Positions 51,248-59,151 of a stretch of DNA of 64,000 nt are shown piece after piece. The notes under the pieces are model-generated. The model was not told the DNA's origin. It searched no databases and saw only the letters and a program-made list of their open reading frames with translations. How positions within the stretch are numbered: the first letter of the stretch is position 1; every line of letters begins with the position of its first letter. Made by a program: the position numbers and the translations under genes. This stretch comes from Gemmatimonadales bacterium (lineage in GTDB: Bacteria; Gemmatimonadota; Gemmatimonadetes; Gemmatimonadales; GWC2-71-9), in contig JBBQFH010000002.1 in NCBI GenBank assembly GCA_038321865.1, forward strand, positions 1 to 64,000, written 5' to 3'.

Positions 51248-53917
51248 CTAGCCCGCCGTCGTGGCGAAGATGTGCTGCAGGTCGCGCGCGGATCGCGCGC
51301 GGGCGCGGGCCTGCGCGGCGAGATCTCCGGCGGGTTCGAGCTGCACCACTCGGTCCCAGGCCGTGACCGCGTCAGCGAAATGGCGTTCCCGTGCAAGGGC
51401 GACGCCCCGATGGAAGAGCGCGGCAGCGTCATTCGGGTCGAACCGGAGTACCCGGTCGAACGCCTCGAGTGCGCAGCTCGTCCGGCCGTCCTCGAGCAGG
51501 ATCCGCCCGAGGAGCGTCAGGGCCGCCAATTCGTAGGGGTCCACCGAAAGTGTCCGCACCAGGACGTCGATGCCCGCGCTCGCGGATTCGGTCCGGGCGA
51601 GGAGGTCCGCCAGCGCCATGGCGGCATCGGTGAAGGTCGGGAGCAGCTGGAGCGCCCGCTCGTACGCTGCGCGCGCGGCCGCCCAGTTGGCCCGTGCCTC
51701 TTCCAGGCCGCCGAGCTCGTACCAGACCTGCACCAGCGAACCGTCGAGTTGCAGCGCCACCTGGCAGGCCTCGAGCGCAGCGTCGATGTCGCCGAGTTGG
51801 CCGGCGATCACCGCCTGGAGCTGGTACAGATCGGGCCGGCCGGGCGCCGCGCGCTGGGCCGCGCGCACTGCGGCCATGGCGGCGGCCGCGTCGCCGGTCG
51901 CGTGGAGCACGCGCGCATGGGCCAGCAGCACGTCCGCATCACCGGGTGCGCGCCGAGCAAGCGCTCCCGCGACTTCGACCGCCTCGCTCGCACGGCCAAG
52001 CGCCACCAGACTGCGTATCTCGCCCAAGGCGGGTCCCAGCTCGCCCGGCGCAGCCGCGCGCGCTTCGGCAAAGCGCTCGAGGGCTTCGCCATGCAGGCCC
52101 CGCCGGGCGAAGATGGCGCCCCAGAGCGCTGCCGCATGTGCCGGTGTCACGCCCCGGCCACGCAAGCGCTCAAGCTCGGCGGCGGCAAGCTCCAGCAGCC
52201 CCTTGGCCACGTAGTCGCGCGCCAGCGCCAGCGGGTCGGGTTCGTGCGGTTCGACCACGTCCGCCCGTGCCGGCGCCAGCTCGTCGAACAGCCGATCGAG
52301 CGCCGTCGGATCGAAGGCGAACTCGCCGGCGAGCGTCGAACCGCTGAGCTCCGCCTTCAGTGCCGGTGCCACGGCGATGGTCGGATCCTCGAACTGAAGG
52401 TCGATTGCCAGCACGTATTTCTGGGGCACGTAGTACGGCTCCAGCTCGAGCGCCTGTTTAGTGGCCCTCAGCGCCGCATCGAAGTCGCCCAGCTGGCTCA
52501 ACGTAAAGCTCAGGTTGTAGTGCGCCGCCGCCAGCGTGGGGTCCGCTTCCACCGCGCGGCCAAAGGCGTTCCTTGCATCGGAAAACCGCTTGAGCTCCAT
52601 CAGCACGAGCCCCACTCCATTCCACGCGATGGCGCTGCCGGGAACCTCCGCGAGTACACGCCGATACCCCTCCAGCGCCTGCTGGATCTCCTGCCGCTGG
52701 AAATGCAGCAGCGCCAGGTTGAGGCGGGCGGTGAGCGGCGGCCGCGTGCCCTGCGTTGCACGGCGGAAGGCCTCAAGGGCGGCGGCGTCCGCCGGATTCT
52801 GGGCCCGGAGGACGCCCAGATTGTTCCAGGCCAGCGCGTAGGCCGGGTCGAGATCGACCGAGCGCGCGTACGACGCCGCGGCCTGGTCCAGCCGGCCGAC
52901 CTGATGCAGGCAGACGCCGCGTTCGTTCCAGAGCTTCGGCGAATCACCAAACTGCTGCACCAGCGTCTCGTAGAGCTCGAGCGCCGCGGCGAGGTCATGC
53001 CGCAGCAGCTGGACCTCGGCCATCGCCTGCAAGGCGTGTCGCCGATCGTCACCGGCATCCAGCGCCAGCCGGTACTCACGCAACGCCTCGGCGTAGTAGC
53101 CCTTCTGCCGGAACGCCAGGCCGAGCGCGAAGTGCGCCAGGGCGCCGTGTCTCACGACCTTCGGCCCCTCCGCGGCGGGCTGCCGCGCCGGCTCCGGCTG
53201 ACCGAGAGCGAGGTTGGCCTGGGCGCGGGCGAGCAGCGGGTTCAGCTCGATGGCGCGCCTGGCGGAGCTTCGGGCCGCTTCCTGGTCACCGATGTCGCCG
53301 TACACGAAGGCAAGCAGGTAATGCGCGTCGGCGTATTCCGGATTGCGGGCAATTGCGGCCTGAAGCGCCGTGCGCGCAGGCTCGTTGAGGCCGCGATTGT
53401 AGAGCGCTTCGCCATAGGCGAAGAGGGCGACGGGGCTCTCGGGATCGCGTTGGCACGCCTGACGAAACCATTCGACCGCCGCGTCGATGTTGCCGCGCGC
53501 CTTCTCCGCGAGCCCGATCTGCACCAGCGCCGCCGCATCGCCCGGCTCCGCCGCCAGCAGCGCCTCGAACTCGTGCACGGCCTCGTCGTGGTGCCCCAGC
53601 GCGGCGTAGGCACGGCCCAGCTCCCAGCGCGCGTCGCGGTCGCGCGGAGAGCTCCGGAGCCGCTCCCGCAGCTCTGCCACGCGGCGGTCGTAGTGCCCGT
53701 TCTCCCGGTAGGCGAGCTCCAGGTTGGTCTGGGCCACCTGCATCTTCGGATCGAGCTCGAGCGCGCGCGCGAAACCAGCCACGGCCTCTGCGATGAGGCC
53801 CTTCTGGTAGTAGAGCACGCCGAGATTGTTGTGCGCGCCGGCGTCGGACGGATCGATCCGGGTGGCGAACGACCGGAGCGCGGCGAGATCGCGCTCGGAA
53901 AGCACGGGGGCCGGCAT
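51248..53917 (-). CDS. Large cytoplasmic TPR-repeat protein (889 aa)
   Basis: Many canonical TPRs (AHNNLGVLYYQKG, AWNNLGVL, AWNGVGLVLMEL) and no signal peptide. Start ATG 53917. Confidence 0.88.
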   Translation of the reverse strand: MPAPVLSERDLAALRSFATRIDPSDAGAHNNLGVLYYQKGLIAEAVAGFARALELDPKMQVAQTNLELAYRENGHYDRRVAELRERLRSSPRDRDARWELGRAYAALGHHDEAVHEFEALLAAEPGDAAALVQIGLAEKARGNIDAAVEWFRQACQRDPESPVALFAYGEALYNRGLNEPARTALQAAIARNPEYADAHYLLAFVYGDIGDQEAARSSARRAIELNPLLARAQANLALGQPEPARQPAAEGPKVVRHGALAHFALGLAFRQKGYYAEALREYRLALDAGDDRRHALQAMAEVQLLRHDLAAALELYETLVQQFGDSPKLWNERGVCLHQVGRLDQAAASYARSVDLDPAYALAWNNLGVLRAQNPADAAALEAFRRATQGTRPPLTARLNLALLHFQRQEIQQALEGYRRVLAEVPGSAIAWNGVGLVLMELKRFSDARNAFGRAVEADPTLAAAHYNLSFTLSQLGDFDAALRATKQALELEPYYVPQKYVLAIDLQFEDPTIAVAPALKAELSGSTLAGEFAFDPTALDRLFDELAPARADVVEPHEPDPLALARDYVAKGLLELAAAELERLRGRGVTPAHAAALWGAIFARRGLHGEALERFAEARAAAPGELGPALGEIRSLVALGRASEAVEVAGALARRAPGDADVLLAHARVLHATGDAAAAMAAVRAAQRAAPGRPDLYQLQAVIAGQLGDIDAALEACQVALQLDGSLVQVWYELGGLEEARANWAAARAAYERALQLLPTFTDAAMALADLLARTESASAGIDVLVRTLSVDPYELAALTLLGRILLEDGRTSCALEAFDRVLRFDPNDAAALFHRGVALARERHFADAVTAWDRVVQLEPAGDLAAQARARARSARDLQHIFATTAG

Positions 53918-53921
53918 GGCC

Positions 53922-54542
53922 TTACGGCAGGCGGATCGCGTCGAAAATGGCGCGCAGCGATGGCATGTCTGGCAGCAGCAGGAAATGTCCTTCGAGCTGT
54001 TCACTGGCGCCGCCGACGTGGAAGGCCGTCTCCACGCAGAAGACGAAGTCGCGCTCGTGGCCGAAGTTCAGGTACGTCGTGGTGAGAATCGCCGCCGACT
54101 GGTCAATGACGAGACTCGGCACCGACGGAACCAGCATCATTCCCATGAAGTCGCTGAGCGCGTTCATGTACGCGCTGACCAGAATGTTGCCGACCTCCTT
54201 CAGGCCCGACTGTTCCATTTCGCCGAAGGCGGTCGTCGTGCCGCGGGCGCGCCCCAGCAGCATGTCACAGACTGCGAGCGCTGACTCTTCGGGAAACAGC
54301 ACGAGCGTGCGCCCGGTCAGGTCGCCCATCATCTGCATCAGCACCGCGGCGATCACCGCATCCGGCGGGCCCAGGAGATCGGTGACCTCCTCGAGCGGCC
54401 GGACATTGATCTCGGGCACGCTGATCATGATCTTCTGATTGGTCATCTGCGACAGCGCGGTCGCCGCGTGGCCCGCCCCGATATTGGCGACCTCGCGCAG
54501 CGCGTCCAGCTGCAGCTCCTTCAATCCGCGGGCGTCGTCCAT
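53922..54542 (-). CDS. cheC: CheC-family CheY-P phosphatase
   Basis: Two active-site motifs, DALREVANIG and SGLKEVGNIL. SD GAGGAG before ATG 54542. Confidence 0.93.
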   Translation of the reverse strand: MDDARGLKELQLDALREVANIGAGHAATALSQMTNQKIMISVPEINVRPLEEVTDLLGPPDAVIAAVLMQMMGDLTGRTLVLFPEESALAVCDMLLGRARGTTTAFGEMEQSGLKEVGNILVSAYMNALSDFMGMMLVPSVPSLVIDQSAAILTTTYLNFGHERDFVFCVETAFHVGGASEQLEGHFLLLPDMPSLRAIFDAIRLP

Positions 54543-54555
54543 TCGCTCCTCGCTC

Positions 54556-56400
54556 CTACAACAGTGCGGCCGCGTCCAGAATGAGCGCGGGCGACCCGTC
54601 CGCCAGAATCGTCGCCCCGCCGAAGAATGACGGCATGCCAAGCGGCGCGTCGAACGGTTCCACCACGATGTCCTGCTGGCCAAGCAGCGCGTCGACCACC
54701 AGCGCCGCCCGGCGATCACCAACCTCGAGGATCACGGTGGGACGCCGAACTGGGGGCGGTCCCCCGCGCAGCGCGACCAGGTCACGAAGATGCACAGTCG
54801 GGATGGCCTGATCGCGCACCACCAGCGCCTCCCGGTCGCGTACCGCGGTGACGGCACGGCCGTCGAACTCCACCGTCTCCGCCACGTAGGCGAGCGGAAT
54901 GGCATAGCGTTCGGCGCCCACGGACGTCAGCAGCGCCCGGACAATGGCGAGCGTAAGCGGGACACGCACCACAAACGTCGTACCCTGCCCCGCCACCGAC
55001 TCGATCGCCAGCGTGCCGCCCAGCGTCCGTACCCGGGTCGCCACGACATCCACGCCGACGCCGCGGCCGGACACGCCGCTCACCTGTGTGGCGGTGCTGA
55101 ACCCCGGCCGGGCGAGGGTCTTGAGCAGGCTGTCGTCTGTCAGCGCCTCGACCGCCGCGTCGAGAATCCCTTCCTGCCGGGCCTTCGCCAGAATGGCGGC
55201 CCGATCGATGCCTCGGCCGTCATCGGAGACCCGGATGGCCACGCTATTCCGTTCCCGCGCCGCCGACAGCAGGATCCGACCCTGCGGCGGCTTGCCGGCG
55301 GCCACCCTCGTCTCCGGCGTTTCCAGCCCGTGGTCCATCGCATTCCGGATGAGGTGCAGGAGCGGATCGCCGATTTCGTCGAGAATCGCACGGTCGAGCT
55401 CGATCCCTTCGCCCTCGATTTCGAACCGCACCTGCTTCCCCAGGTCGCGGGACAGATCCCGCACCAGTCGCGGAAACCGGTCGAACACTTCTCCGACCGG
55501 CGTCATCCGGGCCTGAATGACCTCCACCTGCAGATCGGTGACCAGCCGGGCGATCCGCTCCGTGACGGTCTCCAGCTCCGGCGCCGCGCCAGTCCGCACC
55601 AGATCGACGAGGCGGTTCCGCGCCACGACCAGCTCACCGACCTGCTTCATCATGGTGTCGAGCCGGCGCAGGTCGACGCGGATCTGCCGGCCGCGCACAG
55701 TCGGCTCGGTACGCTCCGGCGCGATCTCGTCGAAGGTGATGCCGTCCACGTCACCGGCGGAGCGGATCGCGACCCTGACGTCCTCGTCCGATGCGGCGGA
55801 CTCGAGCCGGAAACTGAACTTCCCGTCGAAGTCTTCCCGTTCGAACGCTGCGGCCGCCGGCCGGAGCGCAGTCACCGTGCCCAGCTGCTCGGCCCGACGG
55901 AGCGCCAGCATCGCCCGGCCCCCTCGCATCTGCGCGCCGGCGCGGATCGCCACGCTCACCGCCCGCCCCGACGGCTGAATGAGGTGCACCGCAAATTCGG
56001 CTGTCTGCGCACTGACGAGGCCGCCGGCCGCGGCACGGTCGAGCGCGGTGATGAGGTCACCGTCCGCCGTATTCGCCGGTTGACCCGCGGCGGCTCGCTC
56101 GACGCCCCCTGCGATCTCGTCGACGGCGCCGAACAGCAGCTGGAACAGCTCCGGGGCGGCCGCGACCCGACCGGTCCGCAACGCGTCGAGCAGGTTCTCC
56201 GCGCTGTGGGCGACGCGGGCCACGCCCTCGTACCCCATGGTCGCCGCCATGCCCTTGATCGTGTGGATGGCCCGGAAGAGGCCGTCCACCGGCTCCGGAG
56301 CCGCCGGGTCACGCTCCCACTCGAGCAGACACTGATTGCACGCGGCGAGGTGCTCCCGGCTCTCAGCCAGGAAGAGCGCGGCGTACTTGGCAAGATCCAT
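54556..56400 (-). CDS. cheA: Chemotaxis histidine kinase CheA (P1-P2-P3-P4-P5)
   Basis: FRAIHTIKG (Hpt His), IRVDLRRLD, HLIRNAMDHG, DDGRGID, PGFSTA, SGRGVG, C-terminal CheW domain. Confidence 0.96.
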   Translation of the reverse strand: MDLAKYAALFLAESREHLAACNQCLLEWERDPAAPEPVDGLFRAIHTIKGMAATMGYEGVARVAHSAENLLDALRTGRVAAAPELFQLLFGAVDEIAGGVERAAAGQPANTADGDLITALDRAAAGGLVSAQTAEFAVHLIQPSGRAVSVAIRAGAQMRGGRAMLALRRAEQLGTVTALRPAAAAFEREDFDGKFSFRLESAASDEDVRVAIRSAGDVDGITFDEIAPERTEPTVRGRQIRVDLRRLDTMMKQVGELVVARNRLVDLVRTGAAPELETVTERIARLVTDLQVEVIQARMTPVGEVFDRFPRLVRDLSRDLGKQVRFEIEGEGIELDRAILDEIGDPLLHLIRNAMDHGLETPETRVAAGKPPQGRILLSAARERNSVAIRVSDDGRGIDRAAILAKARQEGILDAAVEALTDDSLLKTLARPGFSTATQVSGVSGRGVGVDVVATRVRTLGGTLAIESVAGQGTTFVVRVPLTLAIVRALLTSVGAERYAIPLAYVAETVEFDGRAVTAVRDREALVVRDQAIPTVHLRDLVALRGGPPPVRRPTVILEVGDRRAALVVDALLGQQDIVVEPFDAPLGMPSFFGGATILADGSPALILDAAALL

Positions 56401-56404
56401 GGAG

Positions 56405-56767
56405 CTAGCCGAGGACGCGCTGAACGGCCTCGAGCACGCGGGATGGCTGGAACGGCTTGACGACGAAGTCCTTCGCACCGGCCTGAATGGCCTCGACGAC
56501 CAGGGCCTGCTGGCCCATGGCACTACACATCAGCACCTTTGCGTCGGGATCGCCTCGGCAGATTTCCCGCACCGCATCGATGCCGCCCATGTCGGGCATC
56601 ACGATATCCATGGTGTCGAGGTCGGGCTTGAGCTGGCGGTTCGTCTCGACCGCCTGCACGCCGGACTCGGCCTCGCCGACGATCTCGAATCCGGCCTGGC
56701 TCAGGATGTCGCTGATCATCGTGCGCATGAAGATGGCATCATCGCAGACGAGAACCGTATGACTCAC
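56405..56767 (-). CDS. cheY: Single-domain response regulator CheY (DifD/F1-like)
   Basis: SD GGAGG and GTG 56767; VLVCDDAIFMR, MD54IVMP, MCSAMGQ, DFVVKPF. Confidence 0.93.
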   Translation of the reverse strand: MSHTVLVCDDAIFMRTMISDILSQAGFEIVGEAESGVQAVETNRQLKPDLDTMDIVMPDMGGIDAVREICRGDPDAKVLMCSAMGQQALVVEAIQAGAKDFVVKPFQPSRVLEAVQRVLG

Positions 56768-56822
56768 TAGCCCACCTCCGTGCGATTTCGTAGACGCGGG
56801 CCGGACGGCGCCGCGAGTGGAG

Positions 56823-57260
56823 TCAGCTGCCGAGCATCGGCGCGAGGAGCGCCTCGATGTCGAGAATGACGAAGTGTTCGTCGCCCCGGCGTCCCACCGC
56901 CAGGACGATCCGGGGATCCACGCCCGGAAGCTGATCCCGCTCCGCCACTGCCGTCGTCGGCAGTTCGACAAAATCGCTCACTTCGCCGACCAGCAGCCCG
57001 TACGTCCGTTGCCCGACGTCCATGACGATGACGGCACCCTCGTCCGCGTCGCGTCGCGTCTGACCCAGCAGCCGGTGCCCATCCACCACGGTCAGCAGTG
57101 CTCCCCGCACATTGATCAGCCCCTCCACGGCCCCGGCGACACCGGGAATGCGGGTAGCCGGGAGCGGCGGCAGGATCTCTCGCACAATCCCTGCCGGGGC
57201 GGCGCAGACCAGGTCGCCGACGCGAAACACGACGGCATGGAGGGTCGGGGAATCAGGCAT
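56823..57260 (-). CDS. cheW: CheW (copy 1)
   Basis: VVFRVG, VEGLINVRGALLTVVD, YGLLVGEV, ILDIEALL. Confidence 0.9.
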   Translation of the reverse strand: MPDSPTLHAVVFRVGDLVCAAPAGIVREILPPLPATRIPGVAGAVEGLINVRGALLTVVDGHRLLGQTRRDADEGAVIVMDVGQRTYGLLVGEVSDFVELPTTAVAERDQLPGVDPRIVLAVGRRGDEHFVILDIEALLAPMLGS

Positions 57261-58248
57261 CTCTATTGAAGAAAAGAAGATACCGAAGGGGTTGGGATTG
57301 GGCAACGATTCCCTGGTCAGTCAGGAGCGCGAGTGCAGGCAGGAGGTCGGCTGGCCACTCGCTCTCGAACCTAAGGCGTTCTCCGCTAACAGGATGGCGA
57401 AATGCGAGGGACGCCGCGTGCAGGGCCTGGCGCGGGGTAATGCGCTCCAGTGCTTCCGCCCTGGGCCGGCCGGCGCCGGAGATGCGACGCGCGCCGCCAC
57501 CGGCGTAGACCGGATCGCCGACGATCGGGTGCCCGATGTGCTCGAGATGAACCCTGATCTGGTGCGTCCGGCCGGTGTGCAGCTCGAGACGAAGCAGCTC
57601 GGCAACCTCGAAGCGGGCGATGACGAACGCGTCGGTCCGAGCGGCCCGGCCGCCGGCCTGGACGCTCATCCGCTTGCGGTCCGCCGGATGCCGGGCCAGC
57701 GCGGCGTCGATGGTGGTCGGACTGGCATCCTGATGGCCCCATGCCAGTGCTGCATAGGTTCGCTGAACCCGGCGGGCGGCAAGCGCGGCGCCGAGTCGCC
57801 GGTGCGCCAGATCGGTCTTGGCGACGACCATGAGGCCGGAGGTATCGCGGTCGAGTCGGTGCACGATCCCGGGCCGGCCTTCGGCGCCGCCGGACAGCGT
57901 GGTGCCGCGGGCGATGAGCGCATTGACGAGAGTGTCGTCCCAGTGGCCCGGTGCCGGGTGCACGACGAGTCCGGCGGGCTTGTCGATGACGGCGAGATCA
58001 TCGTCCTCATAGACGACCACGAGATCGATGGCAGCGGGGCGCAGGGTCCGTGGCGGCTCGTCGACGGGAAACCCGACCACGACGTCGTCACCTCGCGCGA
58101 GCAGCCGCGAGGCGCGAGCGACGGTGCCGTTGACGCTCACCGTCTTGCCGGCGACGATGCGCGCGGCCTGTGTGCGAGAGAGCTGGAGCTGGTCGGCGAG
58201 GAAGCGGTCGAGGCGCTCGGTAGCCGGCACCGCCACCGAAAAGCGCAC
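57253..58248 (-). CDS. rluD: RluA/RluD-family 23S rRNA pseudouridine synthase with S4 domain
   Basis: RLDRFL, DKPAGLVVHP, GIVHRLDRDTSGL, TGRTHQIRVH, RQALHA. Confidence 0.93.
   Translation of the reverse strand: MRFSVAVPATERLDRFLADQLQLSRTQAARIVAGKTVSVNGTVARASRLLARGDDVVVGFPVDEPPRTLRPAAIDLVVVYEDDDLAVIDKPAGLVVHPAPGHWDDTLVNALIARGTTLSGGAEGRPGIVHRLDRDTSGLMVVAKTDLAHRRLGAALAARRVQRTYAALAWGHQDASPTTIDAALARHPADRKRMSVQAGGRAARTDAFVIARFEVAELLRLELHTGRTHQIRVHLEHIGHPIVGDPVYAGGGARRISGAGRPRAEALERITPRQALHAASLAFRHPVSGERLRFESEWPADLLPALALLTDQGIVAQSQPLRYLLFFNRDA
57277..57305 (-). promoter_or_regulatory. Putative sigma70 promoter of the che/mgl operon, inside the rluD 3' end
   Basis: Minus strand TTGCCC-17 nt-TATCTT followed by an AT-rich leader of 16 nt to the cheW ATG. 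Confidence 0.55.
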
Positions 58249-58261
58249 CTCGCCACCGCGG

Positions 58262-58771
58262 TCAGACAGGGGCGGCCGGCTCGGGCGCGGCCCGGCGCGT
58301 GTCTTCGCGCCAGAGGGAAAGCGCGAGGGCGATCGCCCCGCAACTTACCGCGATATCGGCGACGTTGAAGGTCGGCCAGCGAAGGGTCCCGATGCCGACA
58401 TCGAGAAAGTCCACCACGCCGCGCCCGCTTCGGATCCGGTCCACCAGATTGCCCGCGGCGCCGCCCGCCACCAGGCCCAGCGCCAGCTGCCGGAACCGGT
58501 CACCAATGGGGCTCTCGCGCGACATCCGGATCAGGACGACCACGGCGACGACCGCCACCGCCAGAAACACCCATCGCGAAAACGTCCCGACGTGCAAGCC
58601 GAACGCCGCGCCGCGGTTGTAGACCAGGCGCAGCTGAAACCACTCGCCGAAGACCGGCACGGCGGAGGTGCGGAGCAGCGCCGATTCAGCCACCAGCTTG
58701 GTCACGAAATCGACGACGACCACTGACAGCGCCGCCGTCCAGAACACGCGGCGGTCAGCGGCGCTTGGCAT
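58262..58771 (-). CDS. lspA: Lipoprotein signal peptidase II
   Basis: DFVTK, NRGAAFG, GAAGNLVDR, VVDFL, WPTFNVAD. Confidence 0.96.
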   Translation of the reverse strand: MPSAADRRVFWTAALSVVVVDFVTKLVAESALLRTSAVPVFGEWFQLRLVYNRGAAFGLHVGTFSRWVFLAVAVVAVVVLIRMSRESPIGDRFRQLALGLVAGGAAGNLVDRIRSGRGVVDFLDVGIGTLRWPTFNVADIAVSCGAIALALSLWREDTRRAAPEPAAPV

Positions 58772-59138
58772 CCTCTTCCTTTTCCTTGCACGAGATGCAG
58801 AGCCGCGCGTGAGGCAGCGCGTCCAGCCGCTCGAAGTTGATCTCGGCACCACACTGGTGACAATGGCCGAACTTGTCCGGCGTGCCGTACAGGCGGCGCA
58901 GCGCTTCATTCACGTGCCAGAGATAGCGTCCCTCCTGCGAGGCGAAGAGGAACTGCTTCTCACGCTCCATCGCGTCGGTACCCTGGTCGGCCATGTGGAA
59001 CGAATACGAGGACAGGTCGCCGTCCGAGGACTGGAGGGTCGCGTTGAACGATTCGTCGTAGTATCCGAGCTCCTTCATGACGCGCGCCCGCTCTTCGAGA
59101 AGCCGCTTCTCGAGATGCGTCAGCTGTTTCTTGTTCAT
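58755..59138 (-). CDS. TraR/DksA C4-type zinc-finger protein
   Basis: Coiled coil with HMADQG tip, then CHQC...ERL.ALP..RLCISC. Confidence 0.9.
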   Translation of the reverse strand: MNKKQLTHLEKRLLEERARVMKELGYYDESFNATLQSSDGDLSSYSFHMADQGTDAMEREKQFLFASQEGRYLWHVNEALRRLYGTPDKFGHCHQCGAEINFERLDALPHARLCISCKEKEEDAKRR

Positions 59139-59151
59139 GCCAAATCCTGCG

